A DNA stretch of 63,800 bases, filler included, from Klebsormidium nitens (taxonomy: Eukaryota; Plantae; Klebsormidiophyceae), in assembly GCA_000708835.1 (NCBI GenBank). It is 6 parts of 6 records of this genome, joined end to end, with 100 filler letters (N's around TTAATTAATTAA, not from the genome) between each part and the next. Parts side by side here need not be neighbours in the genome. Positions count along the whole stretch, not along the records: positions 1 to 24,102 come from DF237460.1; positions 24,203 to 45,589 come from DF237912.1; 4 more parts are not named here. The stretch is one strand, 5' to 3'. Positions 12,572 to 24,283 of this stretch are shown in pieces. The position numbers and the translations under genes were made by a program. A model generated the notes under the pieces. That model searched no databases. It was given only the letters and a program-made list of their open reading frames with translations, and was not told the DNA's origin. Position 1 is the first letter of the stretch, and every line of letters begins with the position of its first letter.

Positions 12572-14410
12572 ACACGTATCTTCACACATTTCTGCTTCTT
12601 CTTGAGCGGCTTCAGGCTTCTCTTCTCGTAAGCCTGAGGTCCAGAGTACTAATCAGAGAACGAGTCGGAAGCTGTTGCGCAGCAGACAGTACAGCAGCAA
12701 TGAGTTCGATCAACATCTTGTCGATCTTTAGGTCTTCAGATGGCCTACCCTGTGGTGGTTTGAAGGGCTTGAGGATTGTTTCCTCGACTTTGAAAAGTGT
12801 AGAAGTTTATAAGCAGAGCTTGTTGTTGTTCAAATCAAAGGTGCTCAATGCCGACGGTCTCTATCCAAGTTTCCAGACGCCACTCCTGGCACGCTTTTAC
12901 ATAATCAAAGGACGCCTTACAGGATGCATGGTTTGAAGTGTTGCTGCTTGTCGTGTCAAAAGTCAATTAGGCAGGCACATGCGTTTTTGTCGTTTGCATG
13001 CTACAGGAGGCCGTTCATTGCTAAGGTGAACTTACCAAAAGGCGACACGTTAACATGCAACAAAAATGGAAACGATCTTGGAGTTCGGGACACTCGTTGG
13101 CGTATGCCCGTACGTTCTGAAACATCAGGTGTTAGACGCCAAATGATGTATTGGCACATGAGAACGTGCATGACCGTCGAGGCATGGTGCAGGCGGGGGC
13201 TGGGAAGCGGGCGCCAGCTAATGTGTACGTATGCGAGGCATGCCACGGAGCTGCCGCCGGCATGTTCTGTATAGCATTATAACTGCATACACATGATGGT
13301 GTGACACATGTGATGAGTGAGTACGTCTGGCCTGCATGGCGCATATGTCTGGTTTATTGCGCGCAAGGCCGGCCGGCTGCAGCCGCCTAAAGGTCAAGAT
13401 ATTCGCCCGCTCTCGCTCAGCGTGGTGACAAATCAGCCAACTCAGATCCGCAACATCTTGAAATGAGTCTTAGGCTAGCTCTAGCTTTGATGCAAGCAAT
13501 CGAACTTTCCAGGGGTACGTAGCAAATGTAAGAATACATTAGACTGCACGAGCGGCGACGCGTGGTAGCATGTCGATCTGTCAGGCCGGGATCGTATATG
13601 CTAGAAGTGGCATACTCGGAGAGCAATTTGGACCGCAAAAGTGGCATTCTCATATGCAACTCTATCCTCTGGCACAATCATTAGCTCGCAAACGAGCAGT
13701 CCAGAAGATTGAGTACGCAAGTATGCACCAGTGCGAGCTGCAACTTGGCAATGATGGTTGCAAAAGATACTCACGATGAGTACGGATCATAGAATGTATA
13801 CATGAAGGTTTTGCCGAGACGGTGCTTTTACGGAACGCTGCCAGATCAGTAACACAGACGCGTGCCTGTAACTTATGTAAGGTTCAAGAGCTTCGTCAGG
13901 GTTGTTCTGTTTTCTAAGGACGCGGATGCAGGTATTGAAGGGCTTCGCTTAGCATGCTTCGAGCCACATAGAGAGACGTATACTGGACAAGAATGTTATC
14001 ATGCATGCTGATTGCAGGTTAAATGATCTGCATTGATGCAATGATCGGCCATTGTTGGTGAGGATCGGCGTGAGCGGCAAAAAAGTGTTCATCGAACCAT
14101 CCGACGAATCCAAAGATTAGCTTGCAATTCGATCCGTCGAGCTTTGTTTGACAGTTGGGCGACGCGAGCTGCGTCACCCGTATGCTGCGACGTACATATT
14201 CTACATCTATATGAATTGTGAACTGACTGTCTATCATAGAGGTCCCGCAAAAGAAGCCCTCAAAAAAGAACTGGAATGTTCTTCCCATCCCGCCTTTACA
14301 ACCTCAGTGCCTCCATGGTCGCGTTGAAGGAAGCCTCCCTTTACAAACGCAGCAAAAAGAGTGCGTAGCCTGCAGTCTTTGGGACCCGCTTTGGAGTGGG
14401 CGCTTGAACC

Positions 14411-16779
14411 TCAGCTCTCAGACGTATCAAGCGCTTTCCCAGCGACGTCGTCTTCCGTCTGCGACGCTTTCCGGTCGGACCCCACGTAGCGGAAGTACCG
14501 GAATCCGTCCACCTTTTCCGGCCGGAGCTCCGGCCGTTCCGTCCGCCCCCTCAGCACTTCGCACACGTCTTCCATTACCCCCGGGTGCGTGAACGCATAC
14601 GTATGCCCCGCCATGCTCTTATCCAGGCCGGTCGCGTCGATGACGTGGACGTTCTCGGCGAGCGCCACGTGGCGGCCCTCGGCCACGTGGACCTCGAGGT
14701 TGAAGTGGCCCAGCCGGTGGTGGCCCCCGTGCAACTTGCGCGACAAGTTGAGCGGCCGGTCGTTCTTGGAGCAGTAAATCGATACGCGCTCGACCTGACA
14801 ACGGAACGTTGGACGTTACTGTGGGCGTCCGAACACAAAGCTACGGAATTGAACATTTCGTACATTTGAATCTTTATTTGACGGACCGGATTGCAACTTC
14901 GGCCAATTTGGGCCTCCACAAACGTAGATGGCCTCGGGGTGTCCATGCATGGCCTACGCCCACTTTAAGCTTTTGTCACGGTCCGCTTCAGGAGGCCGAG
15001 TATAGGCGGTTAATGATCAATGACTTGGACGCGTAAAGCTGTCGCTCGCTTGGGACGGAGGCTGACTGCCCTTTCCGTTAACCAAGCTCAAGTACCGCAT
15101 GGATGCGGAGCCACTTATCGACGAAGGTCGTTCACCTTTCGTTGCGACAAGAGCACGGCTACGAGAAGCGTCGATGCCTTCTAAACGGCCTCCAACAACA
15201 GGTATTGCTTACGTGATATCGTCTTGAAAGCAGACGCCGACTTCGACAACCGAAAGACGTTGACAGAATAGCGCAAAAGAATTGGTTCATCTGCCCTCAC
15301 CTGTTTGTTGACGTCTCAGTGCATGTTATATAAGTCCCCGTAAAAATTCTTGACGTGGCAGATAAAATACTAGATCTACCGCGGATGACCCTATCGTCAA
15401 GTAAGTATTTTCTCAGAATCCTCACCTGTTTGCTGACGTCTGGTTGCATTTCGTAAAACTCCCCGGTGTCAAAGTCCGGGGCGACCAGCAGCAGCTGCCC
15501 CAGCCTGGCGGCGCCCCTCGGAGGTCGCCACGCGGCCAGCCGCACGAGCGCGTAGAGCGCCACTTTGGTGCCCAGGCTGTGCGAGATGACATGCACCTTC
15601 TCCAGGCCGTATGAAGTCATCAGGCGCTTCAGGAACGTCACGAAGTGCGGCACGGTCCACATCGCGTTCGCCTCATCGCCGCCGTACTCTTGGAGCGACT
15701 GAAAAGAGTGGTTAGGGACAGGTTAGACGCAAATCCTGGTTTTAATTGATAATTGGTAACTGATGCGGTAAGTACTGATGCAGGTCAACTGCGGGCAAGA
15801 TGTGGTGACCTCAGCGTGACGGCAACGGCAGGGATTGGGACGGCTGTGCTTGTCCGTCCCTTATGATTGTTGAAGCGATCTCCGGATCTCGGAAGAAGAC
15901 GCGACGATCTGTCCGGAAGGACACGTGTATCTCAGGAGAACAGGGCCATTGAGATTAAAGAACTGGTGAACGCAACGAACTTTGGTGCGCTAGAGGCACG
16001 CAGAGTCAAAGCCTACAAGAGAAGCCGTGCGAACCCGGAATATTCAACTCGAGATTCGAAGTAGATGAGAGATACATGGAAGTGGCTAGAACATGTGGGC
16101 TGTGATACAGGTCCGAGTAGCCTGGACTGCCGATGTCAGAGCAAATAAAGTAACGAGAGAGGCGAAGTACCGCCTTTGAGTTTCTTTGAACTTTCACAAC
16201 CTTACGATGGAAACGGCACCAGTCATTCAGCGGAGCGAGATCAAGCGTAGAACGTGGCCCAGATCAGGGCATACATAAGCACAGAAAGTCGCTGAAGCCC
16301 AGAATCTGGTTACAAGCAGGTTGTGCTAAACCCCTGCGTCTGGTTCAGGAGCCCCACCTGGAACGACGGCCACTCGTAGAGAAAGAACGGCATGCGTCCC
16401 CGCATCTTGTACGCATACACCCCCATGTGCTTTGCCGACCACGACATGTCCGTGTCGAATCCGTGTACGAAGACGGCCGCCTCCCGGGGACCGCCCCCGA
16501 ACCCGAGCGCTGGCCGCACGTGATGCTCGTAATCCATGACGACACATGCCGTCATCTCGGGGCTGTTGCTTGACTTTCCCGTCGCGCGACGCGGGCTATG
16601 GGACCATAGGTACGGCAATTGCGCGCCCTGCGACGCAATGTGGTGGTAGTCGGGAAGGGAGACTTTGACGATCCCGGTTGACATTGCGCGCGCGCGGTTT
16701 GTGCTGAAGAGGTCGGCCGGCGTCCGCGTGTCGGACCGCTGCCGGTCGGTGCAGAAGAAGAGGGGGACCTTTACGTACC
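14411..16779 (-). CDS. Alpha/beta hydrolase of the DUF900 (esterase/lipase-like) type, at least 3 exons, 5' end not resolved
   Basis: Exons 16358-16779, 15426-15698, 14411-14794 with GT-AG junctions in frame. Motifs: VPLFFCTDR, AAVFVHGFDT, FFLYEWPS, nucleophile elbow VISHSLG, LLLVAPDFD, VSIYCSKNDRPL...RLG, IDAT...GHTYAF. This motif order is typical of DUF900-type proteins. Confidence 0.8.
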
Positions 16780-17329
16780 CTGCAGAAGAACGGAAGCAGG
16801 CAGGTTGTCAGTGCCTTGAAGCATACACAACCCGGAGAGACATTGGCTCCGGTGTTGTGACTCAGTTACTCAAGGCCCAAGTGTGGCCTGTGCAGAAGAC
16901 GAAAGATCTGGAAGAAAGAGCTGGTTCCTCATGGTCGAGAGGAATTTCTACGAACCTGTTGCGTCAGTCGGATGGCCCAAATATTTTCAAGCGGATTGAG
17001 GACCCACTAGAATATGCAAAGCTGGGTCTATCTAAAAAGGCAATGGATAACAGCGCGAGGACCCGTTGTCTTTGTGAAACAAGAGCGCTGTTCCTGTCAG
17101 GGAAAGCCATCCGTAATGTGCTGAATCGCGCTGGGGATGAAGAGATATCGGTTGGTTTTGAGAAGGAGAAGAAACTACGGCAAACCAGACATCAGACCCC
17201 TCTATGGCAACCGAAGCTCAACAGTGGGCTGTCAGGCAAAAGCAAGTTGTGTCACCTCCTGCTGTACAGGACGATGCGAAGACCACAAATAAGACTAAGA
17301 TTTGATTGTCAGCTCACTAGTAAGAGAAC

Positions 17330-17971
17330 CTATTGACATCTCCCTGTAAAACCCTGCAAGTGCAAATTGCCCCTAAAAGGGCTCATTTTGGCGCACCACA
17401 ACCACACCACTGAAAGCCCCGTCTTTTTCAGCTCAAACTCCAAGATTCCAGCATCTTTTAACCCCAGCATTTGTGCCCGAAGATCTTCGGACTCACCAGT
17501 CCCACCGTCAAGCTCAAGCGCTCTCGCAGCCTCCTCGTCCCCCAGCTTCCGAAACAGGCGGTGAAACTGGTTGCGCAGCTCCTGTTCCTCTCGCCACTGC
17601 TTTGGCAGCGCTGTCGTCACCGAGTCTTCCTTTACTGCCCCCTCCAGCTCCTTGTCGTTTTCCGCGCACTTCCGAAACTGCTCTATGACTCCGTCGGCGA
17701 TGTGTTCTAGATCAGCTTTACGTAATTTTGAGCTCCGATCCGCGGTGGGCAGAATGCGGTCGTGCAGCTCGCCGGAGAAAGACTGCCAGTCGTCGCAGCT
17801 CATGTGACTCTGGATGAGCTCCAAGCGGTTTATGAGGCATGTGAGAAACACACAGCGCTCGGTCTTCTCATGAGACTTGTAATCGTAGGAATGCCGGCGG
17901 CAGCCGGAGCATGAGAAGCAGAGCGCCTTCATTTTAACTGCTTCTCTCTTGGCTTGGTGGTGCTCAGCCAC
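17330..17971 (-). CDS. Hypothetical coding exon (helical, charged), possibly an upstream exon of the DUF900-type gene
   Basis: 213-codon ORF with protein-like composition (FSGELHDRILP...LRNQFHRLFRKLGDEEAARAL), on the same strand just upstream of the hydrolase. The splice connection is not established. Confidence 0.4.
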   Translation of the reverse strand: MAEHHQAKREAVKMKALCFSCSGCRRHSYDYKSHEKTERCVFLTCLINRLELIQSHMSCDDWQSFSGELHDRILPTADRSSKLRKADLEHIADGVIEQFRKCAENDKELEGAVKEDSVTTALPKQWREEQELRNQFHRLFRKLGDEEAARALELDGGTGESEDLRAQMLGLKDAGILEFELKKTGLSVVWLWCAKMSPFRGNLHLQGFTGRCQ

Positions 17972-19541
17972 TGGATAAGCAAGCTGACTTGGTGTTTGGA
18001 TTGATGGTCACCCCATTGGTTAAATGGTGGTTAACAGTGGTCAAAGTGGTGGCCCTACCAGCTTGACAGAGCTTTGCAGATTCTCTCTAGAGCCAGACAA
18101 ACAATCTGCTTCTTAGCTTCAAGTATGTCCTTTTTCCTTTTACCTTTTCCCACCTTTTGCTAGCACTCAAATTGGGCGTGTGGCATGGGCAAAGCTTTGC
18201 ATGCATACACCGGCAGCTGAGCAACATGATCTACAAACCAAACTTCCCAGATCCGACTTGGTCAGGTGTTTATCATACTTCGCGTGCTCCAGTTCGACAG
18301 AATGTGTGACTTTCTTAGCGCCACCACTTGATTGGGGTACCGTCACGGTCCCAGAACCAGACAGCTCCCCCTGATCTGCAAACCCGCCGCAGGGCAATCC
18401 GTCTTTTGTCAAGTTGCAGATCGTACCAATTTAGAATCTATTCCTGAGGACGTTGGAACTTCAGCTTCTTCTTTCCGATAGAACTTGAATGGGTCACCAC
18501 ATTCTCTGTACAAGTCAACAAGATACCGCAGCTGTAGCTTAATGTAGGTATGCCTGCATTAAGCCAATTGAGAATCTACAAGGTCACCCCTCCGTAATTT
18601 CGTCTAAACCGTATGTTGAACGTGCAACACTGGTCATCAAGTGTTGCGAGCCTGGGGGAGTGCCTCATTCAATCGGCTCGCAGCCGGAAAGGATCTAGAT
18701 CGTGGAGTGGTACTCCTATTCCAGTAAAATGCACGACGGTCGCCCTGCTTGGTCTGCGCATATCGACAGCTCTATTCAAACCGCACCCGCAATGTGGCCG
18801 CAATGTGGAACTGATCAAAGGCCTCTAGATCTTTCACAAAGCACACCGGACCATCCTTTTAGGTATAATGAGACACTTGCCTCCTCCATGCTCCACAGGT
18901 CGGCATCATCCTGAATCCTGATCCTGGCAAAGCCGTTTCAAGACTTGTAAACGCACTGCTGTTCTCAGCAATTTGTTATTCCAATAGAGTCTGGAATCTG
19001 GAAGGCTCTGGATTATGAAATGATTGAAATCGGATTTCTAAACATAAAACCGGCCCACGCCGCGCCACGCGGCGAATGCCGACGGGTGCATCATGCACTA
19101 TTGTCACGGGTTCCCTAAAGCTGCCACCTGGCAGGCCCTGCTCGTTCGGCACCCTTTCACGTGGATCAGCATGGGGTCGGCTAGCCCGTTCGATGGTTAA
19201 GCTGGTTATCTGGGCGGTCCGTTTTCGCGCGAAGCTGCTAATGTTGGCAAACTTTGAATTGAAGAGTCCAGACTGCAGTGCGCTTTCCCCTGATCCTGAT
19301 TCCTGACCCGTTCATAGGTAGGTACCGTATTCTGACCTTTCCGAAGTAGAGCAATTGCAAACATTCTCAAACAACTTGGAAGGATTGCGGCATTTAGCGT
19401 TGCCTCAGCGTCGTGCCAGTGCCTTTGACAGGAGCCTCTAGCTGTTGCGTGTTGGTTTGTCTGGCCTTGCGAGCTACCGAATATCAGGACACTTTGGAAT
19501 TGTATTGCCAAGAAGTTATAGGCCCGTTGCTTCATAAGTCC

Positions 19542-22500
19542 ATGGCTCCGAGCTTGAAGACGCCGCACCATGTTTTCCTGCAAAAGCTCATGGTCGAGCA
19601 TGTGCTGCCGGAGAGTGGTGCACGGCAGCTGTACAGGGATGTCGCACAAGCAGAAGGTGAGCAGATTTTGTTTGCGCCTTGTCCTGGGGATTGAACGTGC
19701 CGATGCATTTTTGTTGCTTCTGGGTGCTCATCCCCTGCAAGAGACCTTGCGAGCTTCTTTTAAAAGTTCACCATGTGCAAGATAAAGGACGTCCCGATCT
19801 TTGAACTTATTCTATCAGGTGTGGTGCGCGTCACGCTGTCACATAGAGCTGCTCCATGTTCAATCTGCGGATTACCAGGCCAGGGGTGTCTCACGACATG
19901 CAACTTCTCGTTTCCCCCTGTTCTTCCACCTTTACGCTTTTCTCTTTGCTCTCCTTATATGGAACCTCTAAAAGTAGGAATAAGATCCAACCTTACAAAC
20001 CCTAAACCAAAGTAGGGGCAGACAGTGAACCCTTAGTGTCAAAGCGGGTGTTAGGTGGCAGGTTTTTGCTTGGACCACCAGTAAGTAAGCTGCCAAGAAC
20101 TTACTTCCGAACCTGCACCTTTCAAAGGAAGGAATCGACTTGAGGAGTGTGCGCCTCTCTGCAGATGCTGCCTTTGGCAAATTCGTAAATGACATCAACG
20201 ATGAGCTCAGCTTCTTGTCCATGGAAATTCGCATCCAGACATACCAAGGGGACGGCAAGAAGTACTACGGGCTGGTGAATAAGGTGGCAGACGACCAGGC
20301 AAAGCTAGGCACCAAGTTTCAGCACGGGCAGATTGCCCACTTCAAAGCAATGGTAAGTACTCTTCCCGTGAAAGAAGTTCCTGGCTTCTAAATCAGTCAT
20401 TCGCCTCAATCGCAAGTCCTCAACTCACTGACCAGTTCCGGATTTCCAGAGGATCAGTCAAGCCATGTCATTCTCGAGGACTCTGCTTGTAAGCAACGAG
20501 CTGCGCTAAAGAAATACTCGAAAGTGCCCCATTAGCGACTATGTGTAATGCTGATATGACAAGCCACAGTTCCTGGTCAGGTCTGCAAATTTCAGAAGTA
20601 CGCTGCTACCTGGATAACTTGACAAACTCCGTATGTCAGTGGCTTCGGTTGCTCCTTTGTGTGGGCTTTCTGAACGGTTCGTCAGGCTTCTACAGAGGAT
20701 GCAAAACCAAGGGGGATCGTACACTTGACTTCCAATGTTTCCTCTAACTTTGACAACATCTGACTGCTCAACTGACGGCTTGCTCAACAGACCGCTTCTG
20801 TTTGCAGCTGGAATCTATTGTAACCGAGTCAAAGGGCGCTGGCGCAATCAGTACCATGGATGCAATCAACCTGCGGCCCGACCTTCAGGTTTGATGCGGA
20901 TCCATTATCTTTGGAACGGTTGGCATGATGTGCTATTGAGGCAGGGAGTTGGCGGAATTCTTTTCGACGGATTGTTCAAGGACTTCCCAGGTGGAGTATC
21001 CTCACAGAGACAGTGCAATGGTGGGCTTTAAGTGTTACATTTCAAGCACCACTTCCCATACAATATCCTGGCAACTAAGCAGAGGCAACTAGTGGAATTT
21101 CAAGAGGTCGTTCGCCTTTTCCAAGAGTTGGGCTGACCACAATAAGAGCTCCCAATGATAGCGCCCTTAGACTTGCTTCAGTGACGAACCAAACACTCTT
21201 GAGCGCTTGGAAAGTCTGCCATGATTCATCAAGAATGTGAACAATTTAGTTCGTTGGATTCATTCGGGACACCGTTTCTGCATGTGCATGGAATCGACCC
21301 CAAGGGAGTGGTCTCTACTCGAACTATCCAATGCCATTGTGTCTCCGTCACCAATCAGGCCATGGCAATCTTCAAAAGGTGGCCAATACTAGATTGCTGG
21401 TTGAGCCACTTAAAAACTTATGAATCATTGGATTAGAACCACTTAAGCAACCAGCTTTCTGTCCGAGTCATACACATCCCATGCTGCCTATCAGTCACCA
21501 AGACGACCATAATAGCCCATCCCACAGGCGCAGAGAAGCCCTTCACAGAGCTTGAAAAAATGAGAGAACGGTCGCCGACGCTTCTTGCAGGGCAACACGC
21601 AAGCCTCCGAGAGCAGCCAAGCCGCCGCGGCCCGCACCCTCAGCGCATCTGAGAAGGAGAAGAACATTGCGGAGCTGATCACGGAGGGCTGGCTGGAGCG
21701 GCTGTCGGACGGCCACCTGGCGCTCGGACCGCGGACGTTCATGGAGCTTCGGACGGTCATCCAGTCGTTGGACGTGCCAGCGTGCAAGGCCTGTACCGAG
21801 CCCGCAGTCAAAGTGAGGGACACGTTCAGACAGTTCAGTTGGAGTGCGCTTGGGTTTGGGTTCGGGTTTGAGTTCGGTTTCTGGTGTGGCTTCCACTTTG
21901 GTTTCGGGTTCGTTGCATGCGGGTTTGGATTTGTGTCCGGGTTCGAGTTCGGTCAGCTTCCGCTTCGGGTTTGCGTCCGGGTTCAGATTCTGTTCCGATT
22001 TCGGATTCCGGTTCAGGATCAGGTTCGGGTCTCGGTTTAGTTTGGGTTGGGTTTGCTCGGGATTCATGTGAATCAAGGGCCAGGTTGACCAATGTTACTG
22101 CCAGGGAAGGCCTAGAGTTGAGGGTGTTTGGGGTGCACCATGAGCATGCTGACTTCGGATATTTGGGATTCAAAGTACTTTGTTTCTTTCGGGGGGCTTA
22201 TGCTTCGGTCAATCTGCTCCGGTTCAACAGGCTTTGACAAGTTTCTAGAAGTGGGTGTAGCGCGTCCGGCGAGGTAATGAGCTTCCGGAACACAGGCTTT
22301 CTGCAGGCATACAGGGAGTCGGGCGCAGGCAATCCCTGAGGTGGTGCTTGACCGCTTGATCTGCGCGCTTCTGACTTACATGTGTGGAGAATAGGATCCT
22401 GGATGCACCGTTCCTTTCGCTCAGATTGTCTGATTAGCTCAAGAGGGCTTGGCGCCAACCGTTGTTCTGCCCAAGAAGCGGACTCGGCTTGCTCGTACTT

Positions 22501-23259
22501 CCCCGGTTTGGAGTCTTACATTCGATTGCGCAGGGTAGCATGCTCAAAAGGAAAGACATGTCGACGAGAACGATGCAAGGCATTTTTTATTTTCAACTAA
22601 AGATGGCGCAGAGGAGAGAAAGCCATCCAGCCACAAGGCTGCAAGCGGGTCCCAGAGGCTTTCTTGAGGACTCGCGCATCGTGGACAGACCAATCTGTCT
22701 TCTAAATCAAGCTAGGCGACGTTTACAGTTGTGAGAGTACTTTTGATTACCCCTGCGCAGGCCCAGGTTTGCGAAGCGCCCGGTTGCCTCACCTGCTTGC
22801 ACGACCCCTGCGCGAAGAGCCGGTTCAACGTGTAAGTCTCGTGGTGGTTACTGGTCCAAAAACAGCGATTTAAAGGCACGTTTGTTGACCCTGTGCAGGC
22901 CCAAGCCTGTGAGGCGGCCGGTTGTCTCACCTGGCTGCTCGACCACTGCGCCAAGAGTTGGTTCAGCCTGTAAATCGAGTGGTGGGTATGGGGCAATAAC
23001 AACGGTTATCAAAACCCGTTTTTTTAACCTTGTGCAGGCCCAAGCCTGTGAGGCGCCCGGTTGCTCCACCTGGTTGCACGACCACTGCGCGAAAAGCTGG
23101 TTCAACCGCCCGGGAGAGCCCCGGACGTGCCCGGAGTGTGGGGCAGAGTGGGCGGCAGCGCCGCAGGAGGAAACGGCGGCAGAGGAGCGGGCTGAGAATC
23201 TGGCGGCGAATGGGCACAGGAATAAGAAAGCGAGACGGGAAAGGCGGTCGAAGACGTGA
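19542..23259 (+). CDS. NSE1: Non-structural maintenance of chromosomes element 1 (SMC5/6 complex, RING E3 ligase), 5 exons, 275 aa
   Basis: Exons 19542-19656, 20165-20352, 20808-20888, 21591-21812, 23038-23259 (828 nt, in phase). Motifs: HHVFLQKLM, INDELSFLSMEIR...YYGLVNKVADDQAKLGTKFQHGQIAHFKAM, EKEKNIAELITEGWL...LALGPRTFMELR, and the NH-RING CKAC...CEAPGC...LHDHC...CPECGAEW. Confidence 0.92.
21851..22065. repeat. Degenerate hexamer (GGGTTY/GGGTTC-like) microsatellite in NSE1 intron 4
   Basis: Runs such as gggtttgggttcgggtttgagttcgg...cgggttcagattc...ggttcaggatcaggttcgggtctcggtttagtttgggttgggttt. Confidence 0.8.
22745..23112 (+). repeat. Three tandem ~138-bp copies of the acceptor site plus first 25 codons of the NSE1 last (RING) exon
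   Basis: Exon-start copies at 22761, 22899 and 23038 (periods 138 and 139), each preceded by ...cag. Copies 1 and 2 end in TAA (22833-22835, 22971-22973); copy 3 continues to the true C-terminus. Confidence 0.9.
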
Positions 23260-24102
23260 GAAAAGCTGTGTATGAATGGTATTACAAGGCGGCCAACCTG
23301 GTTTATGCGAAGCTAGTGGTGGTATTGAAATGAGCCATGGTGTCTTCTATCCGGTTCCTGGTAAGCGGGGGGGTCCCTAGGAAGGTGCGACAGTCTGTCG
23401 ACAGTTAGAAGCTCTTGTTGATTGTCACTGTCTCACTGTGTGTTGAGATTTTACTTCAGAGTCTGTCGCTGAATTCTAGATGTGCCGCAAGGCTCGACTC
23501 TAATAGGAATTTGCATCATGCAATCTCGAAACGGCAACATTGCGGAGCGTCAACAATCAATTTCCCCTGTCAACAAATAATGTGGGTTGATACCAGAGGG
23601 ATTGTGATGACCCTGATCCAAGTTACATGTGCCACTCAGAAGATTTGGCCCAGTGGCCACCGAGGACGGGAGCCGCCGTCGACAACTGCAATAGTAAGCG
23701 GTGTTTCAGTCTGCATGCGGGTCGGTAAATATGTTAGGTTGCAAGTTTCCCGGCCAGATCGCTTGTCGTTCTTGCAATCGCCTGCCTTCATTGATGGTGA
23801 GAGGCATGCGCATGATTATAACCACCACTGATATTCAAGTTCTGGGTAGTTTGGGTAGCAGCATAGCCGTCTCGTTGTAGGCCGGGATCTTGCGCATGTC
23901 CTATATTCACAGGGGTATCCCGACTGAATGATAATCGATTGTCGGCGGCTGGAGCCGCGTGCCAACATGCTCATAGATTTAGATTTAGATTTAGTTGATT
24001 TAACGTCGGTTCGGAGCCGTGGTCGGCTAAGTCGACGAATGTCTCTATTTACTAACTCTGCACTAAACTCGCTCTTAATGCAAAGCTTAAGTGCAAATAC
24101 AT

Positions 24103-24202
24103 NNNNNNNNNNNNNNNNNNNNNNNNNNNNNNNNNNNNNNNNNNNNTTAATTAATTAANNNNNNNNNNNNNNNNNNNNNNNNNNNNNNNNNNNNNNNNNN
24201 NN
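24103..24202. other. Assembly gap with artificial TTAATTAATTAA spacer (also 45590-45689, 53813-53912, 58774-58873, 61330-61429)
   Basis: All five gaps are 100 nt of N with the same central 12-mer, which has a stop in every frame. Confidence 0.97.
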
Positions 24203-24233
24203 GTTTGCTCGATAGTCGGAATTGCAAGCACCA

Positions 24234-24283
24234 GGTGCGTCGTTAGTCCGACTTCAAATCCGAAGTCGGACTAACGACGCACC
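24234..24283. repeat. Perfect 22-bp inverted repeat (hairpin) with 6-nt loop
   Basis: GGTGCGTCGTTAGTCCGACTTC (24234-24255), loop AAATCC, then GAAGTCGGACTAACGACGCACC (24262-24283), its exact reverse complement. Confidence 0.9.

Noticed and set aside
16665-17336. 223-aa plus-strand ORF
   Set aside because: Antisense to the hydrolase exon and intron, with no motif and no coding-type codon bias.
21543-22237. Long ORFs encoding PEPNPK- or GSGSG-rich proteins
   Set aside because: By-products of the hexamer repeat in NSE1 intron 4 and of the antisense strand of an NSE1 exon.
24147-24158. Palindromic TTAATTAATTAA flanked by N runs, repeated five times, which could look like a spaced repeat array
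   Set aside because: It is identical in the centre of every 100-nt gap, so it is an artificial all-frame-stop scaffold spacer, not biology and not CRISPR.
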